Shown here: one piece after another, positions 1 through 12,903 of the stretch
How positions within the stretch are numbered: the stretch's first letter is position 1
Layout: every line of letters starts with the position of its first letter
DNA from: Pseudovirgaria hyperparasitica
Lineage: Eukaryota
Assembly (NCBI GenBank): GCA_010093815.1
Contig: ML996565.1
DNA length: 64,000 nucleotides
Strand: one strand, 5' to 3'
Position numbers and translations under genes: made by a program
The notes under the pieces: model-generated
Database searches by the model: none
Seen by the model: only the letters and a program-made list of their open reading frames with translations
What the model was told of the DNA's origin: nothing

Positions 1-1236
1 CGGAGCTGTAAACACGGCAATCTGGATAGCGATGCGACTAGATGCGATGATTCGTGCGGCGCAGTGGAATGGGAGTCAGCAATGAGAAGAAGATTATGTA
101 TCAATTGAAGAAGAAGATGGTGCGACAGTAGATTGAGCAGAGATGGTTTGTGGCAGTGGAAGGTCGTGCATAATACTATGTACATACGTAGTCCACTGCT
201 CGATCCATGGTAACGGCTTAGGCCCGGGATGTTTTCTGGTTGCGTCTATCCCGTTTCCAGGGCAACCAGCAAGCTACAACACCCGCCCTTGCCCCTGCCT
301 GACTAGGTGCGTGCTGATTACTAAGTGAACTCAGGCTTGTTGCCTTGAAGCTGTCTCACTGCTGCCTCATTGCTGCCTTACTGCTGCCTCATAAACCAGG
401 CCTGCACGTTCGGACATTTTCAACAACGCTCTGCATGTATAGCGCCTAATGCAATGCGATGCATGTAGGGAGTCAGGGAGGACCTTGGGAGGATAGCGAT
501 GGCGTCTCTTTGCATGCGGCACAATTCTCAAATCACTCGTTGATCCCGGTAGTAGATACCCTCTCTCTCTTTCTCGTCATTCAAGCCATTATTAAATAAT
601 TATGACTACTGGCAGCATACCGAACTCTCTATTAACAGACGGCGCGGCCAACGGTCGATAATTAGTGGATACGTGCACGCGGAGAACGGGACACGCGACG
701 ACACGTGCAGGGTTCAACCTTGCAAACCTCAGGCATCAACATCTATTCTGAGCAGACAATGTGGAGACTCCCCTGGTGCAAACAGTGCCACGACTCCTTG
801 CATCGTCATTCTCATTCTCACCACCACCACCATCACCATCATCGTTGTTATCATTGTTTGCTTCTCATCGTCGCCTTGTTTTCTGTGCCCCTTCTTTGCC
901 TTTTCGTCCTGAGCGAGTGATATGATGGCCCGCTTCCTTTTCCAACCGCTCCCTCCAGCCTCCCCCCTACCCAAACGCCTCTGATTGGCATCCGCTCGGC
1001 TAATCCGCTAGAACATGGCCTTCTAGCCCTGCCTAGACAAGTGCAGCTCAAGTCTTTAATTGCAGAGATGCCACCTTGATCGACAGCACCACGGCACTCC
1101 GTCAGCCTCCTCTCCCTCTCTCCGCTGTGCTTTTTCAATCCTTCAAGAGGGCGGGTCGGGGCGACTCTTCTAACATGACTGTCCGCGAAACACCTCCCCT
1201 TCTTCCTCTTCCTCTCCTTCCTCTGGACGCTTCAAA

Positions 1237-3671
1237 ATGCATTCAAAGGCGAGGTACAGCATAGAGAAGGGCAAGTCCGGGGTTGCTGCCGCCCACTCGT
1301 GCTCGATATGTGCCATGTTCGACCTGGACTTTGGCCATGACTACGAGTCGGCCACGAGGAAGACGACGTTGGAGTTAGGAAAGGCCTTGCTGCAGAACGT
1401 TCCAGAGAACGAGCTGAGGAAACTGTTACGGAACTTTGTCATATTCCCACTGAGGGTTACAGACCTCACTGGCTGGGCCATGTCAGGCTGCTACCTCTGC
1501 GAGTTCTTGCACGAGAAGATAGGCCATCCGACCTTGCTGTCCAAGAAGGACGAGACGAAATACATTGCCGCCCAATGGGAAGCTCCAGACCAGCCTATTT
1601 ACTTTGGTCCATTTGAAAGTCAGACGCTACCCGAGAATGGCAAGCAACGACCGGGTCTAATGGACCAACAGACGTACGTCTTCCAGCCGGTTGTGTCTTC
1701 CAGTAAGTCACGTGACTCTATATATGTATCATATATCTTACCTCTGCATGCTAATTGTCTCTATATCATGTATTTATGTATTGATTTGTCGCTAATGCTT
1801 GCGTAGAAAGTCGATTGGCGCCTACCATCAACCGTCGACCCATCAATGCCGACCCAGGCCACCCGGTGGCTCTTCAGATGGCGAGGAAATGGTTGTTGAA
1901 CTGTGCAAGAAAACATGATTGTCGCCCTTCTCCACGCGCCTCATTCATGCCGACACGTCTGCTTAGACTATCTATGAATGGAGATGATGTCGAGGTCAAG
2001 GTTGTTGAGAACCTTGCGACCAAGGAGTCTTATGCAGCCCTGTCTTACTGCTGGGGAGGGCCTCAACGAATAACGACGACGCAGGCCAACGACATACAAC
2101 ATCTCACCGACATCGACCTCCTTGCCCTGCCACAAACTATACAAGATGCCGTCAAGGTCTCGCTTGCCATTGGAATATCGCTGCTTTGGGTGGACGCTCT
2201 GTGCATAATCCAGGACTGTCCAAACGACCGAACCCTTGAGATTGCGTCCATGGCAGCCATATACAGCCATGCTGCAATCACCATTACCGCATCACGAAGC
2301 ACCCACGCCGATGAAGGTTTCCTACACCCTCGCTCCCCGCCAAGTAATTGTGAGCCTGACCAGCTCTTCCGAATCAAGTTGCGCGCCTCTAACAAGTCTG
2401 TCGGTGCCGTCACCCTTATTCCAATGCACCACTTCGTCGACGACGAAGACGTCGATGTCTTGGACAACGAGCCACTCGACCATCGTGCGTGGGCGTATCA
2501 AGAGCGCCACCTCTCACACCGCATTCTCGATTTTGGCTCGTACCGTACACAGTTCGTCTGCAGACACGGCGTCCAACACGACCACCTACCATCCGACGGC
2601 TGGGCTCCTGAGCCAAACACCGTTGACTACAGAAAGACTAGACCTCTCCAGGCGCCCGCGCAATGGGATGCCCACATCTCAAACTATACATCCCGCAACA
2701 TGACGATATACACCGACCGTCCCCTCGCCCTTTCCGCCCTCGCTGCCTCCCTATCCCAACCCACTCTGGGTACTTACATTGCTGGCCTATGGACAGCCAC
2801 ACTCCCGACATCCCTCCTGTGGACGACGTCCCATCCGCGCCCACGGCCGATGAACTACCAAGGCCCCTCCTTCTCCTGGCACTCCATCAACAGCACCGTC
2901 GTTCCACGCAGCACACCGCCCTCCTTCACCCCGGACCCGTCCCTCCGCATCCTCACCCACAGGTCCGCCCTCGCACATCCCTCTGCCCCCTTCGGCGCCG
3001 TCACATCCGCCGCCCTCACCCTGCGCGCCCGCCTCATCCCCGTCAAATACACCCGCGACCCCTCCGACAACGCCTTCCCGCCCCGCATCTACCACTTCAT
3101 CCGCATCTCGCCCTCGGCCGGCCGACGCAGCAGCATGACGGAGCGCGTGCGCAAAAGCAGCACCACGCGCTCGCGCACCCAGAGCAACGCAAGCATGCTC
3201 AATCTCCCCGTCCGCAGCGAGTCGCCCTTTAGCATCACGCACCGCCGCGGTCGCAGCCCCAGCGTGGCCTTGACCATGATGTCCGCAACCCCTGAGCGGC
3301 CCGCGTCGCCGGACAGACCCCCGCTCGCCGTGGCCTGTGTCGAGGACAGCACCGAGTCGGAGTGGGTGCCGACGCTGAGCTATGCGACCGTTGTGTATCT
3401 GCTGTATGTCGGCGAGGACGCGGGCGGTATGCGCGGCTTGGTGGTGCGGAAGGCTGATACCGGCGGGAGTCCCGGGCGGAGTCCTCGGGGCGGGAAGAAG
3501 GGTGACACGTATTTGCGTGTGGGCGTGTGGACGAGCTTTCGGCTGGACAGGGGGCACGAGCATCGCAAGTGGGACTTCCAGGACGATGCGGGTGGCGATT
3601 CGGGGAGACAGTGGGAGTTGCAGCGGAAATGGATGTTGGGGCATGATGTTGAGAGCGTGACGTTGGTGTAG
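1237..3671 (+). CDS. HET (heterokaryon incompatibility) domain protein, 2 exons
   Basis: Typical HET motifs WLLNC..H..C, MPTRLL, YAALSYCWGG, LPQTIQDAV, LWVDALCIIQD, MAAIYSHA, L..RAWAYQE. Intron 1703..1806 (GTAAGT...GCTAAT...TAG) joins the 1237 ORF in frame to the 1815 ORF. Confidence 0.92.
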
Positions 3672-3949
3672 CATGAACGGGTGGTTGGGATGAGTATGAT
3701 TCCATTCTTCGTGGTAATCCATCTGCAGACAACAGTTTTATATCCAAGATTAATAACTGCCTTGACGTTCATCTTTCATTTGCTATTCTCCATGACCCCA
3801 TACCTCGTTAATACATGGACCTATTATCCTACACATTCACCGCCATACACACACACCCGTATACCCTCATATCAAAAACACCCAATCCCCATCCCATCAT
3901 CTCATCATCACATCATCACAACTCTTATCCCCCCAATCTCCCACCCTAA

Positions 3950-5917
3950 TCACCTCAGCCCTCCTCTCCCCTCAACCCCAACCCCAACCCCACCCTTCCC
4001 CTCCCTCTCCACACTCCCGCCCTCGGCATTACTCCTCAACTCAAAGCTATCCGACGTCGCACCGCCATCCTCGCGCCAAAACTTCTTGTCGCCGCGGACG
4101 GCACGCACGAACCAGGGGCGCGCGCCGCGGGACTCGCTGCGCCAGGACCAGTACTCCTTGAGGTCGTAGTCGTCGGGCTCGATGCGGCCGCGCGAGAGCA
4201 GGCTGAGCAGGTATGTGGTGCTGTTGATGAGGATGTAGGTTGTTATGCCGCTGTTTTTGGGGGGTTAGCCTGGGGGAGTTCATTGGGGGGGAAGGGGTGG
4301 AAAGGGGGAGAAGTAGAGGGGGAAAGAGAAGAAAGAAGGGGAGACATACGCAATCAGACCATACGCGATCGAGTACGAAAAGGGCATAAACACGAGCGTC
4401 ACAAACGCCGGGATGGCGTCCCCCGGGTACCCCCAGTTTATCGCCAGCGTGCCCTTCATCATCATGCAGCCCACGAGCACGAGCGCACCGCCGGTAGCCC
4501 ACGGCGGGATGGAAGCAAAGATGGGCGCAAAGAAGACGGAGACGAGGAAGCACAGCCCCGTCGTCATGGCGGTCAGGCCCGTGCGGCCGCCCTCCTGGAT
4601 GCCGGCGCCGGACTCGACAAAGGCCGTGACGGGCGAAGTGCCGAAGAGGGAGCCGATGGAGATGCAGATTGCGTCGGTGCAGTAGGCGACGGTGGAGCGC
4701 GGGAAGTCGCCGGTGTCGGGGTCGACGACGCCGCTGAAGCGGGCCATGGAGTAGAGCGTGCCGGTGCAGTCGAGGATGTCGACGTACAGCATGGTGAAGA
4801 GGGCGAGGGCGAACTGGCCGCCTGCGCCGGCGAGATTCCAGTCCTGCACGGCGAGGGTGTTTTTGATGGGGCGGAAGCCGACGACGGATTTGAAGAACTG
4901 GAAGCGCGACTCGCCGAGGCCGGTCGGCCCGTCGTGCGGGAAGTAGGTGAAGTTGCTGTTGCGCGGCCAGGACATGATGGAGACGATGGCGATGCCGAAG
5001 ATCATGGCGCCGCGCACCTTGTAGGTCATCATGATGGCCGTGAGGATGCCGCCGACGAGGAAGCCGATCCACATGGTTGGAAGGGTGGCCTTGTGGCTCT
5101 GGCAGGCTGGGCCGAGTTCTGCCACGACGTACTTTGGGTCGCAGCCCGCGAGTGCGAGTGGTGTTGAGACGTCTCCGGAGATGGCGCCAATGCCGGCACC
5201 GCTGGAGAGTCCGATCAAGGTGAGGAATAGACCGATGCCAGCACCGCATGCTACCTTGATAGACGCCGGGATGACCTTGGCGAGCCACTGTCGGAGGCCG
5301 ATGAGCGATAGGAAGACGAAAATGAAGCCTTCGACAAACACGGCCGTCATGGCGAGCTTGTAGCTGACCGGCCCTGTTCCAGCAGGACCGACGACTTGGA
5401 AAGCCAGATATGCGTTCAGACCCATGGCTGGCGCAACAGCAACAGGCAGGTTGGCCAGGAGGCCCATCAGGAAGGAGGCCAGAGCAGAGATGGCCGCTGT
5501 GGCCGTGACCAGATCGCGCTGGACGTCCAGGGCGCAGAGTTGGTATTCGGTGTCTTCTTTGCATAGCGGGTCTTGAGAGGTGTGGGCACACTCGCAGGTC
5601 CCTCCTGTGCCTGAGATGATGGCGGCCTGTTGTCCGGTCAGGGAGGGCTTGGACACTTAGCTACAAGTGACTGCTTACATTGACTGAGATGATGTATGCC
5701 ATTGTGAAGAACGTCGTGAGGCCAGCACGAAGCTCAGTCGTAAACTTTGAACCCGCAAACGAGTGTGGCTGTCAGGGCAGGGTTAGAGCTGAGTGAGATG
5801 GACGTGTTGACGCAGCACACATACGTGAGCAGAGCCCTCGAGATGAAAGTAGTACCCAACCGGGCTTTGAGCGACGGCATGATTGAGCGAATCTGCAAAA
5901 CGCTCGAGGACAGTCAT
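3950..5917 (-). CDS. azgA: AzgA-family purine (adenine/guanine/hypoxanthine) permease, 4 exons
   Basis: Spliced reading gives MTVLERFADSLNHAVAQSPVGYYF..ELRAGLTTFFTMAYIISVN, ANLPVAVAPAMGLNAY, GTSPVTAFVESGAGIQEGGRTGLTA, PFSYSIAYGLIAG. Three canonical GT-AG introns; stop TGA at 3950-3952. Confidence 0.9.
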
Positions 5918-8723
5918 GGTGGCTCTCTCTCGTGCTACGCGTGGTGGAACAGCAAAGGAATGAAAGCCACAGGCGAAGAGGTGTCAGACAAGACAGAGCA
6001 TAGAACGAACGACGAGACAAATTGAAGGAAGTAGAAAGTAGACTCGAGCAAGAACAGAAGGAAGTAGACCGAGGGGTCCATGAACAATATGGAGGTGGTA
6101 TTCATAGTGAGCAAACATTATGGATGGTCGCGAAGGTGGTCGTAAGGGGGGGGAGGGGGGTCGAGGGGGGGCTTGAGGATGGTTCGGCAGAGATGGGATG
6201 CCGGGCACGCTAAGGAGTGAATGGGCCGGGGGGGGAAAGATGATTAGAGATGCATGGGAACATGAAGCATGGCTACTCTGCTGGTAAGTGGTTGTGGTGG
6301 TGGTGTTGGTGACATGTATGTTAGTACAAAACCGTTGTTTCGCGAGAAGAGAAAAAGGCCGAGTGGTGCAGTTCTTGGCCCGTGAAGGAGTCGGAAGAGA
6401 CATCCAGGTACGGCAGGCGGATGATTGGTGGAGCCGCCGCCACCAGCGCATTGGTCTCCCTACGCCCGCCACGTTTAGCGGGCTCTAGGCAACTAACCTG
6501 CCCGCCAGTCGGGGGCTCTCCCTCCCTAAATTTAGGCTGCTTATCCCCCGAAGTCCCCCTAGCTTTTGGCTGCCTACGCCCCCCCGAAAGCCCGCTCAAG
6601 GTCCCCCCCTGAAAACAGCTAAATGAATGTCCCCACGCTTCCAAGCCAACCATCGAGCCTATACTGGGTACATACTACTATTACTACTACTACGGTATTC
6701 ATGTCCAGTACAACGGTATGACCAGTACGACAACACTGCGCGGCGGAGAAGCCGAAATCGAGACAGTCTGCAAAGCTCAGCGCTCAGACTGACTGATGGT
6801 ATGCCAGACATACGTCTGTCTACAGCGAGATTGCACGAGTAGAATACGACAGATTGTTTGCCGTGCTCGTACTTCTGTTGATGCTGGCCTGAGTGTATGT
6901 GTATGTGTGTATGCCCATGTATGTGTGAGTCGGGAGGAATGTCGGGTGACGGCAAGGAAGGCAGGGCACAAGCCGAGATGCAGATGATTGATATAGATGT
7001 AACAGATCCATCGCCCAGTCCATCTCGTCTCATCTCATCTCAAACCCATGGGAGATACAAACGTGGCACACGGAACCTGTCGGTCCCATGCAACGACGAC
7101 GAATACGACTACGACTACGACTACGACCACGACCAAGGCGACGACGACTCTCAATCGACGCATGAGTGTGATAGGGACAGCAGTGTGCAGAGTGTAGTGT
7201 GTCTGTGTGTGTGTGATGCACGAGCTGACAGCCTGACAGCATGACAGACGGATGATTCCATCTTTATGTGTCGCAGATGTACCGCAGATCCATGCGATTA
7301 TTTATCATCTATGGATTATGATTGTGACGATGCCGGCCAGGTACAGCGGGAGGGCTGCGAGTGTATGAGATGGCGGCATCATCCATCGTGCCGGGACGGA
7401 GTAATAATAATACACAGGATTCATCGTGGCTTTTACAACTGTCATTATAGTTATTGTTATTATCGTCATCCTCATGCAGCTACTATCGTGTGCACTTATG
7501 TACAACACGGTGGTCCCGTCCGTGCACTTGGTTGGAAGGATTTCGTTTATAATTATTAGAATAATCCTTCTCACTTTTCTTCTCACGTACTGCCTGCCCC
7601 CTTTCCCACGCGCTTCAGACTTGCTTATTATCTACAACTATCTGCCATCTACTGTCCACTACCTGTGCCTGTATCTGTATCTGTATCTGCAACTGCTGTC
7701 CAACTAATGTGTGCCTCGGCGAATTTGTGTGCTGCTGACTGCTCCGGCTGAAGTCCTACATTACCCTCCTGGTCCTGGTTCTGGTCTTGGCCTGGCCTGG
7801 TCCTCATCCTCCACATCCTCGTCCTTGTCCTGGCCGGTTTTGCAGGCGAAGCTCATGGATGACCAGGATACCCTTCTTCTACATGCAACAGCCCAACTCC
7901 CCACCTGAGACTCTGCTTCGAACACATTTTGATCGTATGTATTACATAGTGCATGCTGACTTGGTGCATGCCTGGGGCTGCCATCGCGATGAGCATACCT
8001 AAACATGGATGACCGTCATCGTGAGCCTGAGGATGGCCATCCTTTCATGTTGGTTGTCCTTCTTGTTGTTCCAGTTGCTGTCCTCCTTGGTGTTGTTGGA
8101 TCAGTGCGCACTCCAATCTCGCCCAGACATGCACTAAACGCGCAATTGGAAGTTGGATGTTTTCTAGGCGTGGCCTGTGTGACGGCCGTGTGGCGCTCGT
8201 TGTCGATATCCAAAGGATCGTCGGTTAGTGGGGATAAGATGGATGAGATGCATCCATGCACTCAGTAGCTAATTACTCCCCCACCGCAGCCTTCACTCCA
8301 CAGCTTCTGTCTCCACCACCACTCCCGTCCACCACGCCTCCACTATGCCTCTCTGGACTTCCACTGCCGACACTTGCAAACTCGAACTCTCGATCCCTCC
8401 ACCACTCACATTTCCAAATCCCTAGTCTGTCTCACCCGCGCCAGGATGCACTTCCCCTGCCCAGACTCCCTCTCTTCCACCCAGTCTTGTAAGCTGCCCC
8501 TGTCAACAACACCCTGCACGCACCCGATACGCTGGCCACACGAGCCACCGTAAGATTGGCTCTACTCGTCCTGTTGCATCATTGCTTGCTTCACTCAGTA
8601 TCAGCCTGCACTCGGGCTCATGCCCCGTTGTCCTTCTTAACCTGCCGCTCAAGATCAACTCTTTCCTGCTTTTGTTCCTGTGCTCTGGCTCTGTCTTCTC
8701 CATCTCTTATCACATCCATCCTC

Positions 8724-10691
8724 ATGTTTCCAACTTATGATTGCCCCCAGCATGCTGAGACGGTCGGTATGCGGAAGGCCAGAATGGCCAGGGACAGGGA
8801 CGGTGCTGTGGGTCGACGACGAAAGTCGACAAGCAGCACTTCAGACAATCGCAACAAACTTCATCACACGCCTACTCTGAATTCAGATTCCGCTTCTATA
8901 TACACCACTCGTTCGAAGGGTGCCTCGACGAAAAGTTCGTCTGGTTTTGGGTTTTGGAAGAAAAAGGACAGGGATGTTACTGAGATACTCGACGTCCCCA
9001 TGATGAAGAAGGACAACAAGACCACCGACATCAAGACGACTGAAATCACCCTTTCCACTGCTACTCCCAAATCACCGCCGGTACTCTCGCCAGTTCCTTC
9101 GTCACGTATACGACCACAAACTTCGCATGCTCCATCGGTGCCGTCAACATCTCCGCCATCACTCACGTCCGTCTCGCAAAGCACCTTGGCCTCTGCTGAC
9201 ATTGCCCATGATTCACTGGACACTCCACCACCGCTACCAAGGACAGCATGGCAAGAGGCTCCCGCAACTCCACCACCCTCGCGGGGTCTTCCATCCCTTC
9301 CTCCGCCACAGCCCGTTCCGACCTGCCAGCTCCCCCCTCTTCCAAGCTATATACCACCACCGCCGACTCAGCCTCTCCCACAGCCTCTCCGTTCCAAGCC
9401 TTCGCTCAAGTCCCTTCGCCAGCTACCCTCCCGGGTCAACTCGACCTACTCCAGTGATTCAAGAGCAGCATCATCGATGCGCTCTTCAGCCATGTCCGAC
9501 GGCCGGAGCATCTTCACGTCGTCCCACCACCCAAGCGCCGACGTCATATCCGAAGTGACCGACTACGACCAGATGTCTTCCCTGAACTGCCGTCCGACTC
9601 ACCCCCAATACCGCGGTCTGTCACCACTGTCTTCTCCTGTAGAATCCAGCCACCCACGGCACTCGCAAGGTCCCCCTTCGCACCCCGAAAGCACACGCTC
9701 AGCATCCCGCATGACCGAGCGCAGTGGCCCGCCCCTAGCCCCTTTCGCGCGTGCCCTTGCAAAGATGGAGAATGCCGGCCCACGCATCATCGCCGCCCGC
9801 CTCGCTGAGGAATGGGAAGGTCTGGACGACGATGACGACTCCTACGCCGAAGTTCAGTTCGAGAAGCGGCTATGGGCTCTCACCGCATACCAATGGCTAA
9901 CCCAGGGAAAACAGCTGCAATCGCCCACCCACGAGCTCCTCCTCCATGCTGTGCCTTCTCAGGGGAAACGCATACTGCACCTCCACGGTAGCCTGGCCGA
10001 CGGCTGGACTCTCGCCGCCCGTTACCCAGCCTGCACTGTCTATTCTGTATCTTCCACAAACACCTCCGTGCTGCCTACCACGTACCCGGCGCCGCTCAAC
10101 CACCACTCCCTCTACGTCCCGTCCGTCGCCTCCCCACTCCCCTTCCCCGACTGCTACTTTGACGCCGTGCTCTCGCGCTCGCTCGCCTCGTCGCTGGACA
10201 ACATCGACTGCGCCCGCGTCTTCCACGACTGCACGCGTGTGCTCAAGCCCGGCGCCCGCTTCGAGATCCTCTCCCTCGACCCCTACTTCAACCGCCAGGG
10301 CCCTGCCCTGCGCGCCTGGGCCGACACCCACCTCGTCGCCCGTCTCGAGGCGCACGGCAAGTCCATGATGCCGTCCGACACTGTCGTCGACACCATGGGC
10401 ATCGTCGGCCTGCATGACGTCAAGCGCGTGCGCATCGCCCTGCCCGCCCACCTGGCCGACGCCCCTGAGAGCACTCGTCTGCTCACTCTCCTTGGCCGCC
10501 ACATGGTGCAGGACTTGTACGGCCGCTTTCTGCGCGTCTATGCCGGCGAGCAGTGGTTCTGGAACGTGCCTGGTGGCGAGATCGAGAGGGAGTGCGAGCG
10601 CCTGCAGACGAAGATGGTATTGACTATTAGCTGTGGCACGAAGGAGACCGCGACCCCTGATGACTTCCGCTTTAGGGGCATGGACTCGTAA
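8724..10691 (+). CDS. Fungal protein with Pro/Ser-rich N-terminus and C-terminal class I SAM-methyltransferase-like domain
   Basis: Long intronless ORF, first ATG at 8724. C-terminus has RILHLHG, LPFPDCYFDAV and RVLKPGARFEI (methyltransferase motif-like, motif I degenerate). Confidence 0.7.
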   Translation: MFPTYDCPQHAETVGMRKARMARDRDGAVGRRRKSTSSTSDNRNKLHHTPTLNSDSASIYTTRSKGASTKSSSGFGFWKKKDRDVTEILDVPMMKKDNKTTDIKTTEITLSTATPKSPPVLSPVPSSRIRPQTSHAPSVPSTSPPSLTSVSQSTLASADIAHDSLDTPPPLPRTAWQEAPATPPPSRGLPSLPPPQPVPTCQLPPLPSYIPPPPTQPLPQPLRSKPSLKSLRQLPSRVNSTYSSDSRAASSMRSSAMSDGRSIFTSSHHPSADVISEVTDYDQMSSLNCRPTHPQYRGLSPLSSPVESSHPRHSQGPPSHPESTRSASRMTERSGPPLAPFARALAKMENAGPRIIAARLAEEWEGLDDDDDSYAEVQFEKRLWALTAYQWLTQGKQLQSPTHELLLHAVPSQGKRILHLHGSLADGWTLAARYPACTVYSVSSTNTSVLPTTYPAPLNHHSLYVPSVASPLPFPDCYFDAVLSRSLASSLDNIDCARVFHDCTRVLKPGARFEILSLDPYFNRQGPALRAWADTHLVARLEAHGKSMMPSDTVVDTMGIVGLHDVKRVRIALPAHLADAPESTRLLTLLGRHMVQDLYGRFLRVYAGEQWFWNVPGGEIERECERLQTKMVLTISCGTKETATPDDFRFRGMDS

Positions 10692-12873
10692 TGGGACATG
10701 TTTCTCTTTTTTTTTTGATATTGTGTAGGGGTTTTAAAAGCGGGTTCGGTTCGGGTGGGATATGGGGGACGGGAACGATATGCGCATGGGTTTGCGCGGT
10801 CACGAGAACGGGCATGCACCGGAACGGCACGCGATGCGATGCAATGCATGCGTATATACATGCATGTACCCTGCACGCATCATAGAAGCTATGTATTCTT
10901 CTTCTTTTTCCTACAGTAGATCCGATACCCTCACGAGCGATGTACGACCTCTCCTTCTATCTTTTCTTACTGTATTCTATTACACGGCCATAGACTGTTT
11001 CCTTTCTCTTTTGTCCTATCTCGATGTAGAACCAAACCGGAAGACCAAAAGTAGACACTAAGTCAGCTATAATTCCAGCTACATCTGTCTCGGATGCATC
11101 GCCGATGGTTAGAGTAGATACTTAGGCTTTGCAGTCAGTCGATTATAACATCTGGGGAGCGCTCGTCCGTACGTGCTTAGTCCAAACCCAAATAAAAGAA
11201 TATAGCCTACTCTATAACTATCTTAGACACTCCGCCGGCGCCTAGAGGGACCTGTTCTCGCATATCTCGCCTCCGCCATCCGGCACCCGCGATCCATACC
11301 AGCCCTGACCCGTTCTCAACCATGCCCGTGCTAACCACCACGACGTTTTCGGATCCCCAACCCGAACGTACCATTTCTAAACCCCTCCTCCGCTCCGCTA
11401 AAGCGCCCGGGTAACATACCTTATCCATCCTAACACCTGCACTATACTAATCATACTCACGCTCGCGCTCGAGCATCTAAGTTCTAACGCAGTATCTCTA
11501 ACCTGGAGCCGAGCCGTACTAACCATCCTCAAACCGTACGCAGCACCGTGGACTACCCTGGTTAATGCGCCGGCGGCTAGAGTAAGTAGCCGTGGTTCCG
11601 AGATCCGAGATCACGTATTTCTCCATGGATCTCACTCGCATTCTATGCCTGTTTGATCCACTACCCGAGCAGTCCCAATCCGTCCAACTGGACCAGACCC
11701 TCCGCTCAAGATGTGGAGTAGAGCGAAGCTAATGAAGGCTATTCTCCTACTACTATACGGTATACCTCTGACTTCGGTGCCAAGAAGCTGCTCCGTGTCG
11801 AGCCAAGTCCGTCGAACTATGGATGCATCACGCCACGACTCAACATGACGACAGGTCAGGACAGAGGAATGGTCATACTCGTGGTCGTTGCTGGTAGCGA
11901 AGTTGTGATCTGCGCGTGCGTGCATGTGTGGAGTGCAGATCTGCGCGCGAGGGAGAAGAGTGGGCGGTAGAGATGTGATCTGTAAAAACAATCAGGATTG
12001 ACTACATTTCTGGGCGCCCACTCTGCTATGGACTTGGGCATTGGGCTATGGGTGAATAAGATAAGCCGCTGTGACAGGGCGCGATGTGTAAGAGGTTTAT
12101 CGCATGAGGCGGTTAGCGAGGAGAAGCTTGCTCTGTATTTGAGACCGACACGTACTAACCATCCCATCCATCCTATCCCATCTAACCAAAGAAGAAGAAG
12201 AAAAGGCAAAGCCAAAAGAAACCCACAACAAAGAAGAAAATAAAATACCGATGGTCCGTCTACCAACCTATCACGCACCGCGCACAGGGTCCATATGTTG
12301 ATAGACGTACCATGTATACACACAATCAACCAACAAGCCACCCCAGCCTAAACCTCACCGTCGATCACACCTCACAAAGAGAAGGAAAAAGAAGCGCGAG
12401 ACGCAGAATAGCGCTCGGCGCACGATGAATGGCTGCGATTCTAGATGCCACAAATACACCTGCACAGCCAATCCAGACTCGCGTCATGTGCTTGGCGCAA
12501 TACGCGTGCTGGATTGGACGTGGACGACCCCCTCCCTCGGCGCATCGCCATCTATTTGATTCATCACACGAGGTGAGATGTAGATGAGGCTGCGCAAGTA
12601 TTCGGGAATAAATACGAAGTGTGAATTACCCGTCTAGCGCGGGCCTAGACATACTATCCATCAAACCAAAACATCGAATAAACGAGCCGACACAACACAC
12701 TCGAAGAGCAACAACACGTCCTAAAGCCCTGTCCCTGCAGCCGATCCCGTCTCACTCCCGTCCTTGCTTCCCGCAGTTCGCCCCTTCTTGTATCTTACCT
12801 AATTAGCTGGAAAGGGGGTAGTCCTAACACTTATCTTCGCGCTGTTATGATCTTGGATAGAGTTAGCTAAAAA

Positions 12874-12903
12874 GGGGGGGAGGGGGAGGGGGAGGGGGAG
12901 GGG
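12874..12903 (+). repeat. (GGGGGA)n G-tract, potential G-quadruplex
   Basis: GGGGGGGAGGGGGAGGGGGAGGGGGAGGGG read directly. Confidence 0.8.

Noticed and set aside
673..974. His-rich short ORFs near the window start
   Set aside because: They derive from CAC/CAT trinucleotide repeats and have non-ATG or weak starts.
2663..5591. Long overlapping or antisense ORFs (e.g. 2787..3722, 4047..5591, 4283..5167)
   Set aside because: Shadow frames of GC3-rich real genes; Arg/Pro/His-rich translations with no motifs.
6740..6756. CGG...CCG element upstream of the AzgA-type gene as a UaY site
   Set aside because: Spacing is N5 or N8, not the N6 of the consensus.
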